A stretch of 55,812 bases of DNA from Planctomycetota bacterium (GTDB taxonomy: Bacteria > Planctomycetota > JAFGQW01): positions 1-55,812 of the forward strand of contig JAFGQW010000094.1 of the NCBI GenBank assembly GCA_016935485.1, in the 5' to 3' direction. Shown here piece by piece: positions 21,364 through 31,117 of the stretch. The notes beneath the pieces are model-generated. The model was not told where the DNA came from, made no database searches, and saw only the letters and a program-made list of their open reading frames with translations. How positions within the stretch are numbered: position 1 is the stretch's first letter; the number at the start of each line of letters is the position of its first letter. The position numbers and the translations under genes are program-made.

Positions 21364-23214
21364 ATGGACTGGACCAACCTCTATTCCATCGTGCTGATGA
21401 TCGTCGGCATCGGCGTCATCATCTTCGTCCACGAGCTCGGCCACTACCTGGTCGCGAAGTGGGCGGACGTCAAGGTCGAGGCGTTCAGCCTGGGCTTCGG
21501 TCCGGCGCTCTTCCAGCGACGGATCGGCGAGACGGTCTACAAGCTGTGCGCGATCCCGCTGGGCGGCTACGTGAAGATGACCGGCGAGACGCCGGGCGGG
21601 CCCTCCTCGGACGACCCGCGCGAGTTCGGCGCGAAGAGCGTCGGGGTGCGCGCGGCGATCATCAGCGCCGGCGTGGTGATGAACCTCCTGCTGGCGTGCG
21701 TGGCGTTTCCGGTGGTCTTCAGCCTCGGCGTGCGCATGGACGCGCCCGATGTCGGTAGCGTCGTGAAGGGCACGCCGGCCTGGTCTCAGGGGCTGGAGAG
21801 CGGGGACCGCGTGGTCGCGGTCAACGGTGCGGCGGTGCGCTCCTTCGACCACCTCCTCTTCGAGATCGCACTGAGCGATGGCCCGCTCCGGCTGGAGGTG
21901 GAGCGCGCCGGCCGGCGGACCACCGTGGAGGTGGCGGCCGAGTACGACGGGGACATCGGGGTGCCGCGCATCGGGGTCAGGCCCGCCACGGAACTGTGGG
22001 TCACGCCGCGCGGACGCGGCCCGGTGGCCGGCCTGGACGGGCCGGCGAAGGTGCTCCGCCTGAACGGCATTGAGGGGACGGACGCCGATCGCATCCGGGA
22101 GCTCGTGGACGGGGTCTCGGCGCGCAAGCCGGTCGACATGGAGCTGGTCGTGGAGCGCGCCGGTGCGGCCACCACGCTCCGGTTTGAGGCGCGGATGGTG
22201 CCGACCGAGGGCTGGTTCCTGGGCATCCAGTTTCCCGGCGCCGCCACGGTGCGCGCGGTGCGAGCCGTCGGCCCGTTCCTGGATCTCCGGGCCGGGGACC
22301 GGATCGTGTCCGTGGCCGGCCGGCCGGTGAACAACGAGGTCGCGGTGCTCGAGAGCGTGCTCGCGGCGCCGGCCGGTCCCGTGGCGATGCACGTGGCGCG
22401 GGGGGCGGCGCCGGAGAAAGTCGAGCCGATCGAGGTGGCGGCGCTGGCCGATCCGGCGACGCGCCGTGCCGTGATGGAGAACCTGGCGTTCGAGGATGGC
22501 AGCGGTGGGACCGTCGTCGTTCCCATCGAAGGAGAGGCCGCGGCCGCCGCCGGCTTCGAGGTCTCAGACCGGATCGTGGCCGTCGACGGCGAGAAGGTCA
22601 CGAGCGGCGCGGAGCTGCGCAACCGCATTGAGCGCTTCGATCCCGCGCGCCAGCCCCAGGGGCTGGTGTTCGAGGTGGAACGGACCGTTTTCGAGGACGG
22701 TGCGCCGGTGGTGCGCACGGTGACGCTTGCCGCCTCTCCGGCGCCCAGGCAGAGAAACGACGCCCTGGCGGAGGTGCAGCTCGGCCACGCGCCGGTGCAG
22801 ACCGATGTGCGGTTTCCGTTCCCGGCCAGTATCTGGCAGGGGCTGCGCTACACCAAGATCTGGACCTTCAACACGCTGAAGACGCTCGAGCGGATCGTGA
22901 CTGGCCGGGTCTCGGCCAAGACGCTCGGCGGGATCATCACGATCGGCAAGGTGACCTACGACTTCGCGGAGAAGGGCTTCATCAATCTGCTCTACTTCCT
23001 CGCCATCCTGAGCGTCAATCTGGCGATCATCAACCTGCTTCCCATTCCCGTTCTCGACGGCGGGCACCTGCTCTTCCTGGCCATCGAGAAGATCAAGGGG
23101 TCGCCGGTGAGCGAGCGGGTAGTCGGCGTGGGCCAGGCCATCGGCCTCGTGCTGCTTCTCGCGCTGATCGTGTTCGTGACCTTCAACGACATCCAGCGCT
23201 GGTTCCTGTCCTGA
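21364..23214 (+). CDS. rseP: RIP metalloprotease RseP (M50) with several PDZ domains
   Basis: HELGH, IPLGGYVKM, AGVVMN, NLLPIPVLDGGH; repeated GDRIVxVxG PDZ motifs. Confidence 0.93.
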   Translation: MDWTNLYSIVLMIVGIGVIIFVHELGHYLVAKWADVKVEAFSLGFGPALFQRRIGETVYKLCAIPLGGYVKMTGETPGGPSSDDPREFGAKSVGVRAAIISAGVVMNLLLACVAFPVVFSLGVRMDAPDVGSVVKGTPAWSQGLESGDRVVAVNGAAVRSFDHLLFEIALSDGPLRLEVERAGRRTTVEVAAEYDGDIGVPRIGVRPATELWVTPRGRGPVAGLDGPAKVLRLNGIEGTDADRIRELVDGVSARKPVDMELVVERAGAATTLRFEARMVPTEGWFLGIQFPGAATVRAVRAVGPFLDLRAGDRIVSVAGRPVNNEVAVLESVLAAPAGPVAMHVARGAAPEKVEPIEVAALADPATRRAVMENLAFEDGSGGTVVVPIEGEAAAAAGFEVSDRIVAVDGEKVTSGAELRNRIERFDPARQPQGLVFEVERTVFEDGAPVVRTVTLAASPAPRQRNDALAEVQLGHAPVQTDVRFPFPASIWQGLRYTKIWTFNTLKTLERIVTGRVSAKTLGGIITIGKVTYDFAEKGFINLLYFLAILSVNLAIINLLPIPVLDGGHLLFLAIEKIKGSPVSERVVGVGQAIGLVLLLALIVFVTFNDIQRWFLS

Positions 23215-23317
23215 GGGCCCCGGCGCGGGGAGGCGGGAGTCTCGATCCCGCGCCGCCGGAACGCTCTCCCGGCAGGTCCGCGGGGGCGCGGCGGCGCTTG
23301 CCGTTCCGGGCTGTGGG

Positions 23318-23983
23318 CTACCCATCCGCACGCGCCGCGCGGCCGCCGGCGCCGTCCTCGGCGAGCGGCTCGCCGCGCAGGCAGCGCCGGTGGACGGGCA
23401 CCTCCTGGGTGCCCTGCGCGGAGCGGGCCACCGCCACCAGCGCCTTCTCCTCCCCGGGCCGGATGGGGCCGTGGCAGACGGCGCAGAGCACGAGCTTTCC
23501 CTGCCACTGCTTGAGCACGTCCAGGCGGTAGCGGATCGAGCGCGAGAACGGGTGGAGCCGCACGGCATTGAGGAGCTTCTTCTCCTGGAGGCTCTCCACC
23601 GCGCGTGCGGCGAACTCCGGCGTGATCCCGCAGGCGTCGGCCACGTCCCGGATGCGAAGGTTCCCGGCGGGGCCGTCCAGGCCCTGGGTGAGGCGAAGGA
23701 GCCGGTTGAAAACGCTCTGCTCGCCGAGACTGAGATCGCGCAGCAGGAAGTCGCTGATGAAGTTGGGAAAGAAGAAGCCCCCCTCGGCCAGCGCCACGTA
23801 GCGATCGAGCTCGGCGGACGGAATCACGGGGGGGCGCGGCGCTGCGGACGGCTCGGCCGCGGGCCGGGTGGCGGCGTCAGGCTGGGCGGCGACCGCGGGC
23901 GCCGCTGCCGCCGCGGGCTGGCCGGTGACGCGCTGGGCGCCCAGGATGACCTCGAACGTCTCGCGCAGTTTCCGGTTGGCCAT
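23318..23983 (-). CDS. Hypothetical protein: Ala/Pro linker, winged-HTH-like domain, CxxC...HxxC motif
   Basis: IRDVADACGITPEFAARAVESLQEKKLL; CAVC...VHRRC; SD GAGGTG; directly downstream of parA. Confidence 0.72.
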   Translation of the reverse strand: MANRKLRETFEVILGAQRVTGQPAAAAAPAVAAQPDAATRPAAEPSAAPRPPVIPSAELDRYVALAEGGFFFPNFISDFLLRDLSLGEQSVFNRLLRLTQGLDGPAGNLRIRDVADACGITPEFAARAVESLQEKKLLNAVRLHPFSRSIRYRLDVLKQWQGKLVLCAVCHGPIRPGEEKALVAVARSAQGTQEVPVHRRCLRGEPLAEDGAGGRAARADG

Positions 23984-24063
23984 CGGCGATCACCTCGGCG
24001 CCGGGCGAGACGGCCGGCGGCAGGTGCGGCAGACCCGGGCGGTGGCGGACATCCGGATCCTCC

Positions 24064-25176
24064 TCATCCTTGCGGCGGGGACGCCGGCGTCGGCGCCAGC
24101 GGGCTGTACCCGATCGCCGCCCCGCCGCGGGGGGCGGGCGGCACCTTGCCGGGCATCTCCTTGAACTCGAACGGGCTCGAACCCTCCGTGGTGCCGCCCT
24201 CGTCGAAGGGCGCCGCCGGCGCCGGCGTCTCTTCCGGCAGGTCCGCCGGCGCGTTCAGCAGCTCCATCGCCAGGCGGGTGTAGTCCTTGGCACTGCGGCT
24301 CTGCGGGAAGCAGTACACCATGGGCGACTTGATCAGCGGCGCCTTGGCGATGTTGGCGTCCGTCTTGATCGAGCTCAGCAGCCGCCCCTCGAAGGTGTGG
24401 CGCAGCATCTCCAGCATCCGGTTGGAGAGCTTCACCCGGCGGTCGATCTTGGTGGGCAGGATCCAGGTCTTCAGCCGGTGCCCCATCTTCTCCTTGAGCA
24501 GGTTGAAAGTGTTCGTCAGATCGTCGATGGCCTTCATGCTGTAGCACTGGGTCTCGATCGGCACCAGCGCCTCCGTGCTCGCCACCAGCGCGTTGATCGT
24601 GATCGTGCTGAGATTCGGCGGACAGTCGAAGAGAATGATGTTGAAGAAGTCGAAGTAGGGCCGGAGCTTCGTCTCGAGGATCCGCTCCTTCATGAGCATT
24701 TCCTTGAGCTTGATGTCGGCCCCGGCCAGGCGGATGTCGGCCGGCACGAGGTAGATGTTGTGGAAGCGGGTCTTCAGGACCACATGCCGGGCGGTTACCG
24801 CGTCGTCCACGAGCAGGTTGTTGCTGGTGAGCTCGATCTCGTCGGGGTTAAGACCGAAGGAGATGCTGAGGTTGGCCTGGGCATCGAGATCGACGCACAG
24901 CACCCGGTAGCCCATGTTCGCGAAGCAGCCGGCGAGGTTGAACGAGGTGGTGGTCTTGCCGACGCCGCCCTTCTGGTTGACGACACTGATCCGCTTGAAG
25001 GCGACCTTGCCCACGAGCTCGAGGATCTGCTCGAGCACCTTCTGCGGATAGACCCGGTGGTTCTGCTCGTCCCGCCGGATGCCCTTGAGCTTTCCCTCGC
25101 GCTCCCATTCGAGCAGCGTGTTCCGGGGCACACCCGCGATGGTGGCAACCTCGCGGCAGGTGTACGTCTGGCTCAC
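24064..25176 (-). CDS. ParA/Soj-family ATPase fused to an N-terminal MerR-type HTH
   Basis: YTCREVATIAGVPRNTLLEWEREGKL...HRVY; NQKGGVGKTT, VDLDAQAN, FDCPP; GTG start after GGGAGGG. Confidence 0.9.
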   Translation of the reverse strand: MSQTYTCREVATIAGVPRNTLLEWEREGKLKGIRRDEQNHRVYPQKVLEQILELVGKVAFKRISVVNQKGGVGKTTTSFNLAGCFANMGYRVLCVDLDAQANLSISFGLNPDEIELTSNNLLVDDAVTARHVVLKTRFHNIYLVPADIRLAGADIKLKEMLMKERILETKLRPYFDFFNIILFDCPPNLSTITINALVASTEALVPIETQCYSMKAIDDLTNTFNLLKEKMGHRLKTWILPTKIDRRVKLSNRMLEMLRHTFEGRLLSSIKTDANIAKAPLIKSPMVYCFPQSRSAKDYTRLAMELLNAPADLPEETPAPAAPFDEGGTTEGSSPFEFKEMPGKVPPAPRGGAAIGYSPLAPTPASPPQG

Positions 25177-25288
25177 AATTCCCTCCCTCGCGCCGAGAAC
25201 CGACCTGACGGCCGTGGCGCCTGAGACTGGTTCCGCCCACTGCCTGAACAGCCACGGTGGTTGACCGTGATCCAGAGTCTGGACGAAG

Positions 25289-25317
25289 ATCATACCGTGG
25301 TTGGCCAGCGCTGCCAA
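25289..25317 (-). promoter_or_regulatory. Sigma70-like promoter for the MerR-ParA operon
   Basis: Minus strand TTGGCA-17bp-TATGAT. Confidence 0.6.
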
Positions 25318-25420
25318 TCCCTTTTCCGGACGGATCTTCCCAGGTCTTCCGGAGGGCGTTACCATGGGGCTCGGCCGGTCCGCCGCCGTGCGCACACGAC
25401 CCAAGTCCTTCAAGGAGCGC

Positions 25421-26656
25421 ATGCGTCAGGAATCCCCTGTCCTCGGGCTCGTCCTCTGGGTGCTTCTCGCGGCGGGCTGCGACGTCGGCGCGCCCGGGCC
25501 GGGAGCGGCGGAGGGTTCCCGGGCGAGCCCGGAGGAGGCCCCCGCTGCCCGGCCGACTCCCCCGGGCTCCGTGCGTCTGGCGGCGATCTTCCCGACCTCC
25601 GGGCGCTACGAGGCCAGCGGTCGGGAGTCGTTTCGCGGCGTCCGGATCGCCGTCGAGGAGACCAACGCGGCGGGCGGAGTCGCCGGCCGGCCGCTCTTCC
25701 TGGTGGAGTACCCCACCCGGAGCGACGTGGAGTCGACCGGCGGGGCAGCCAGGCGGGCGGTGGCGGAGGGCGCCCTGGCGCTCATCGGCTCCAACTCGAG
25801 CCTGCTCAGCCAGGCGATGGCGGAGGTGGCCGAGGAGGCGGGTGTCGTGATGGTGTCCAACGTGTCCACCGCGACCGAGCTCACGGTCGGGCGGCCGTTC
25901 GTGTTTCGCACCTGCTACTCCAACGACGAGCTCGCCCGCCTGCTGGTGGAGTTCGTCTGGACGCACCTCGGCGGCCGCCGGCCCGTCGTGTTGCAGGAGG
26001 TAGCGCGCCTCTACAGCAAGGACCTCGGCGAGGCCTTTGCCCGTCACTTCCAGGATCGGATCCGGTCGAGCGACGATCCGTCCGCCGCGATCCGGGTCCG
26101 GCATTACGTGACCATGGAGTCCGACTTCACGCCGCACCTCGATGAGATCCGCCTCTTCCGCGCGGACGTGATCTTCCTCCCGTCGAGCTTCGATGACGCC
26201 ACGCTCGTGGCCATGCACATGAAGGCCATGGGCCTCGAGGTGACGCTGGTGGGGGGGGACAGCTGGGCGAGCAAGAAGCTCTTCAACCGGGGCGATCCCG
26301 GCCGCCCGGCCTACCACACCGACCACTGGAGCCCGGACCCCGCGAGCCCCTTCTGCGCGGCGTACCAGGCTCGCCACGGCATGACGCCGGAGTGCGGACG
26401 GGCGGCCCTGGCCTACGATGCGGTGCAGGCGGTGGCGGCGGCCTTGCGGGGGCTCGCGGGCGCCTGGCCGGAGGCGGACCCGGTCGGCGAGGGGCTTGCC
26501 GCCGTCCGGCGCGAGCTGCGGGATCGGCTCGCCACGGTGCGGACCCAGGGGGCTTCGAGTCTCATCGGGTTCGATCGGCACGGCAATGGCCAGAGACCGT
26601 GCTACGTGTTCGAGGTGTATCGGGGAAACCGCACGCTGGCGGCGACTCTGGAGTGA
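25421..26656 (+). CDS. LivJ/LivK-like substrate-binding lipoprotein
   Basis: Lipobox AAGC; IFPTSG, AVEETNAAGGVAGR, FVFRTC, ALAYDAV, FDRHG; SD AAGGAG. Confidence 0.88.
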   Translation: MRQESPVLGLVLWVLLAAGCDVGAPGPGAAEGSRASPEEAPAARPTPPGSVRLAAIFPTSGRYEASGRESFRGVRIAVEETNAAGGVAGRPLFLVEYPTRSDVESTGGAARRAVAEGALALIGSNSSLLSQAMAEVAEEAGVVMVSNVSTATELTVGRPFVFRTCYSNDELARLLVEFVWTHLGGRRPVVLQEVARLYSKDLGEAFARHFQDRIRSSDDPSAAIRVRHYVTMESDFTPHLDEIRLFRADVIFLPSSFDDATLVAMHMKAMGLEVTLVGGDSWASKKLFNRGDPGRPAYHTDHWSPDPASPFCAAYQARHGMTPECGRAALAYDAVQAVAAALRGLAGAWPEADPVGEGLAAVRRELRDRLATVRTQGASSLIGFDRHGNGQRPCYVFEVYRGNRTLAATLE

Positions 26657-26723
26657 TCCGACGGGGCCGCCCCCGGCCGGGCGCGGAGGGGGTCGGGTCC
26701 GGGTGAACCGGAAAGGGCGATCC

Positions 26724-28823
26724 ATGCCGCAAGCGGACCAGGGGCTTGCCACCGCCGCGGTCCGGCTGCCGGCGCTCCGCCGGCTGAACATGCGGATCGT
26801 CCGCCGCCTCGTGTTCGCCTTCGTGCTCATCGTGCTGCTCTTCCTTGCGAGTCTGCTGCCCTTCCAGCGCGGCCAGCTCCGCCGGTTCATCGACGACCGG
26901 CGGACGTTCCTGGACGTGCTGGTCGAGGCGCGGCGCGGCGACATCAGCCACTGGTGGGTGCAGGATTCGGTGGATGCCCACTGGTACCAGTTCGAGCGGA
27001 CCATCCTCGGCAACCCGGGCGTGCTCCGGGCCACGCTGTACTATCGGCCGGGGCCGGGCGAGCGTGCCGTCCGGGACGACCACGAGAGGCTCGTGGTGAC
27101 TTCGGACCCGGTCCTGGTCGAGGACACGTTCCGGGCCGCCCGGGCGGCCGGCGTCCAGCTCGAGTCCTGGGCGGCGGCGGCCGGCGATCCGGGGGCGCCG
27201 CTCCTCGCGGCGGCGGACGGTGCCATCTGGATCCGGTCCTCCTCCGGCCAGGGCTGGCGGGGCAAGCTCGGCGGCTTCACCCTGCCCGACCCGCCGCCCG
27301 ACGTGCGGAGTGTCGGCGTGGAGTCCGCGCACGCGATCCACAGCCGGGCCGGCCAGCGCGTGCTGTGGTACTGCGCGCTGATCTACATCGGCGCGCCGCG
27401 CCGTCCGGCGTTCGAGGAGGTGGGACACCTCGTCGTCGAGAACAGCCTGGCCGACGTAGACGCGCAGGAAGCGGCCATCCGGTCGCTCTTCTACGTGCTT
27501 TTCGGGGCGCTCTTCCTGGTGCTCCTCGGGGTGCTCAATTTCTCGCTCGCGCGCGACGTGGTGCGCCCCATCCGCGAGGTGCTGGCGGCCATGCGGCGGG
27601 CGGGAGCGGGGGATCTCGACGTGCGGCTCGAGAAGCACCGCGCCGACGAGATCGGGCTGATGGCGGAGCAGTTCAACCAGATGGTCCAGGATCTGCGCCG
27701 CTCCAAGGTGGCCATCGAGGACTACAGCCGCACGCTGGAGCAGCGGGTCGCCGACCGCACGCGCGAGCTGATGCGCAGCGAGGAGCGCGCCCGCGGGCTC
27801 AAGGACCACCTCATGGCGGTGCTCGAGCACGTGCAGGCCGGAGTCCTTGCCGTGGACGCGGCGGGCCGGATCGTCACCTTCAACGAACGGAGCGGCTACT
27901 TGCTGGGGCTCGACCCGGCGGGCGTACTCGGCCGTCCGGCCGCCGAAGTGCTCTCGGGACCGGGACTCGAACCCCTGCACCGGCTCGTGTTCGCGCGGAC
28001 CGACCTCTCCCCGATCTCCCGCGCGGAGGTGAAGCTCGGTCCGCCCGGGAAGGTGCGCGTCTGCCAGGCGGCCGTCACCACGCTCGAGGGAGGCGCCAAG
28101 GTCGTGGTGCTCGACGACGTGACCGAGCTGATCTACTCCAAGCGCCTGGTCGCGTGGCGGGAAGCGGTCGAGCGCGTCATTCACGACATCAAGAACCCGC
28201 TCACCCCGGTCCGGCTGAGCGCGCAGCAGATGCGGGTGGCCTACGAGGACCGCTCTCCGGATCTCCTCGACATCGTGGACCGGGCCACCCAGAACATCCT
28301 GACGAGCGTGGATAGCCTTGAGCGCATGCTCGCCGACTTCTCCTTGCTCTACCGGCGGCCCCGGGCGGAGCCCCGTCCGGTGGAGCTCAACGACATGGTG
28401 CGCAGGATCTTGCAGGAACAGGCTCCGGCCGTGGGAGAGGGCGTCGTGGTGGAGGCGCGGCTGGCGGACGATCTCCCCACCATCCTCGGCGACCCTCTGG
28501 GGCTGTGGCGCCTCGTGACGAATCTCGTCCAGAACGGGCTCGAAGCCATGCAGGGCCGGCGCGGATCGTTCACGGTGACGACGGCGGCCGTAGCCGGGAG
28601 CGTGCGCCTCATGATCTTCGACCAGGGGCCCGGGATCCCTCCGGACCGCATGGACAAGCTGTTCGAGCCCTATCTCACCACCAAGCCCAAGGGCACCGGG
28701 CTGGGGCTGGTCATCGCGCGCCAGATCGCGGAGGACCACGGCGGCTCGATCCGGGTGCGGAGCGAGGTCGGCGTGGGAACCGTGGTCGAGGTCGACCTGC
28801 CGCCTGGCGCCGCGGCCCGCTGA
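26724..28823 (+). CDS. NtrY-like sensor histidine kinase (HAMP, PAS, HisKA, HATPase)
   Basis: DEIGLMAEQFNQM, AWREAVERVIHDIKNPLTP, DQGPGI, FEPYLTTKPKGTGLGL. Confidence 0.9.
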   Translation: MPQADQGLATAAVRLPALRRLNMRIVRRLVFAFVLIVLLFLASLLPFQRGQLRRFIDDRRTFLDVLVEARRGDISHWWVQDSVDAHWYQFERTILGNPGVLRATLYYRPGPGERAVRDDHERLVVTSDPVLVEDTFRAARAAGVQLESWAAAAGDPGAPLLAAADGAIWIRSSSGQGWRGKLGGFTLPDPPPDVRSVGVESAHAIHSRAGQRVLWYCALIYIGAPRRPAFEEVGHLVVENSLADVDAQEAAIRSLFYVLFGALFLVLLGVLNFSLARDVVRPIREVLAAMRRAGAGDLDVRLEKHRADEIGLMAEQFNQMVQDLRRSKVAIEDYSRTLEQRVADRTRELMRSEERARGLKDHLMAVLEHVQAGVLAVDAAGRIVTFNERSGYLLGLDPAGVLGRPAAEVLSGPGLEPLHRLVFARTDLSPISRAEVKLGPPGKVRVCQAAVTTLEGGAKVVVLDDVTELIYSKRLVAWREAVERVIHDIKNPLTPVRLSAQQMRVAYEDRSPDLLDIVDRATQNILTSVDSLERMLADFSLLYRRPRAEPRPVELNDMVRRILQEQAPAVGEGVVVEARLADDLPTILGDPLGLWRLVTNLVQNGLEAMQGRRGSFTVTTAAVAGSVRLMIFDQGPGIPPDRMDKLFEPYLTTKPKGTGLGLVIARQIAEDHGGSIRVRSEVGVGTVVEVDLPPGAAAR

Positions 28824-29067
28824 GCCGGATCCAGTGTGCGGCTGCGCGGCGGTGCGCGGGGCGAACGAGCTTTCCGGGAACCGTCGGTCCGGCCGCGCTG
28901 CGGCGCGGCCAGCCGGACTCGAGGGTCCTTCACTTTTCTGGCGCCCCGCGGTAGAACACTTCCGGCGCCGATCCCGGAGAGAGGGGGCGGCGGCCGAGGG
29001 GATGCCCGGGACGGGCGGGGACCGCCGGGTCTCGGGCTCGAGATCGGTGCTGGCAGCGGGACTCGTC

Positions 29068-30012
29068 ATGACGGGAGAGCACGTTCCGGCCGCCGGAAGC
29101 GCCCTGCTTCACGTGGTGATCCCTTCGTACAACGGCGGCGGCGCGATCCTGAGGTGCATCGCGTCCGTGCTGCGCGCCACGTACCGGCCGCTCCGCCTGA
29201 TCGTCGTCGACAACGCCTCGAGCGACGGCACGGTCCGCGAGATCGCCCGGCGCTTTCCCGCCTCCTGTCTGGTCCGCAATCCGCGCAACCTCGGCTTTTC
29301 GGGCGCCTGCAACGCGGGCATCGACGCCGCGCGCCGGGACGGCGCCGACCTGATCCTCATCCTCAACCAGGACACGGTCATCCACCCCGAGCTTCCCGCG
29401 ATCCTCGCCGGCCTGTTCCGGCGCCGCCCGCGGGCCGGAGCGGCCGGTCCGAAGACTTACTTCGGCCGTCCCGCGGCGGGGGCCGAGCGGCGGCTGCTGT
29501 ACGGCGGCGCCTGGCGCGGCCGTCTTCCGCTGCGCCAGTGTCTGCCGGGCATCGGCAAGCCGGATGTCGGCGGCCGGGCGGGTGCGGCCCGCGTGGACTA
29601 CGTGTGGGGGCACGGGATGATGCTCAGGGCCGAAGCCCTGGTGCGCGTCGGCGGATTCGACCCCGGCTTCTTCATGTACTTCGAGGACCTGGATCTCTGC
29701 CGCCGCATGGCGGCGACGGGCTACGAGGTGTGGTACGTGCCCGCCGCCGTCATGTGGCACGACATCACGGACGGGGCCCGGGCGATCCACTCGGAGCGAT
29801 GGCGCTGGGTCGAGAAGATGAGGAGCATGCGCCACTTCCACCGCAAGCACTACGGCCCGGCGGCGGCCCGCGCGCTCAACGCCCTGACGGCGCTGGCGGA
29901 GATCGAGCGGCTCGTCTGGCGCGGGCATCTCAGGGCCGCGCGCCATCTGCTCGCCGCCTACGTCGTGACCTTTCCCGGAGCTTGTCATGCGGCCGAAGCC
30001 GCTCGCCAGTGA
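29068..30012 (+). CDS. Glycosyltransferase family 2 (rhamnosyltransferase-like)
   Basis: VVIPSYN, VVDNASSDG, NLGFSGACN, LNQD, GGFDPGFFMYFEDLDLC. Confidence 0.9.
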   Translation: MTGEHVPAAGSALLHVVIPSYNGGGAILRCIASVLRATYRPLRLIVVDNASSDGTVREIARRFPASCLVRNPRNLGFSGACNAGIDAARRDGADLILILNQDTVIHPELPAILAGLFRRRPRAGAAGPKTYFGRPAAGAERRLLYGGAWRGRLPLRQCLPGIGKPDVGGRAGAARVDYVWGHGMMLRAEALVRVGGFDPGFFMYFEDLDLCRRMAATGYEVWYVPAAVMWHDITDGARAIHSERWRWVEKMRSMRHFHRKHYGPAAARALNALTALAEIERLVWRGHLRAARHLLAAYVVTFPGACHAAEAARQ

Positions 30013-30988
30013 GCTCGAGGCGGTCTGTCCGCTTTGCGACCGGGCGCACCCGATCCGCCTCGAGTCGGTCGCGTGCAACCTCTGCGGCGCCGACCGGAAG
30101 GAGGAGCTCTTCTGGCGGGGGGATCTCGCCCTGGGGCTCGGTGGGAGGTTTCGGGTCGTCAGGTGCGGCGGCTGCGGTCTGCGCTATCTCGATCCCCGTC
30201 CGGCGGCCGAGGACATCGACTACTACTACCCGCCGTCGTACGAGATGCACCGGCCGACGCCCGCACCCGGCACGCGCGACGGCTACGCCGCCTGGCGCCA
30301 GGATTTCTGCCAGCGCAAGCGCTGCCGGCTGGTCTCGCGCCACCGGCGGCACGGGCGCGCCCTCGATGTGGGCTGCGCGGACGGGCATTTCCTGCGCGTG
30401 CTGAGCCGGTGGGGAGAGTGGGACGTGCGCGGCGTGGAGCGCGCGGCCGCGGTGGCGGGCCGGGCCCGCGAACGCCACGGTCTCGACGTGACCACGGGGA
30501 GCATCGCCGAGGTCGAGCTGCCCGCGGCGCACTTCGATCTCGTCACCCTGTGGGACGTGATCGAGCACCTGCATGACCCGAGGGGCGCCCTCGAGCGCAT
30601 CGCGGCGTCTCTCAAGCCGGGCGGGCTGCTCGTGCTGAGCACGCCGGTCTCGAACTCGCTGGATGCGCGCCTCTTCGGGCGCTACTGGATCGGATACGAG
30701 ATCCCGCGGCACCTCTACTTCTTCTCCATGGAGACGCTGACCGCACTCCTGGCCGCGACCGGCTTCAAGATCGTGGAGACGCGCGTGCTCTTCGGCAGCG
30801 ACTTCGCGCTGGCCGACCAGCTCCGGTTCACGCTCCGCGGCAGGGGGGCACCGCTTGCGGTCTACGGCGCGGCGAGCGTGATCGCGCGCAGCCGGCCCTG
30901 GCGCTGGGCGCTGGCGCCGATCTTCAAGCTCCTCGACCTCGCGAAGCTCACGACGCCGCGCACGGTCGTGTGCGTGAAGGGAGGCTGA
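29987..30988 (+). CDS. Class I SAM methyltransferase with N-terminal Cys motifs
   Basis: CNLC...CGGC; LDVGCADG; FDLVTLWDVIEH; PRHLYFFS. Confidence 0.88.
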   Translation: MRPKPLASELEAVCPLCDRAHPIRLESVACNLCGADRKEELFWRGDLALGLGGRFRVVRCGGCGLRYLDPRPAAEDIDYYYPPSYEMHRPTPAPGTRDGYAAWRQDFCQRKRCRLVSRHRRHGRALDVGCADGHFLRVLSRWGEWDVRGVERAAAVAGRARERHGLDVTTGSIAEVELPAAHFDLVTLWDVIEHLHDPRGALERIAASLKPGGLLVLSTPVSNSLDARLFGRYWIGYEIPRHLYFFSMETLTALLAATGFKIVETRVLFGSDFALADQLRFTLRGRGAPLAVYGAASVIARSRPWRWALAPIFKLLDLAKLTTPRTVVCVKGG

Positions 30989-31117
30989 CGTGGCCATGGA
31001 CCTTGCGGGCCCCGCGGAAGGCGGGCGGCCGCCGCGCGCGCGCTTCGGGTTCGGGGCCGGCGCGGCGGGCGGCGGCGTGCCGGCGGGCCGGCGGGCGGGA
31101 TCGGGGGGAGGCGCTGC

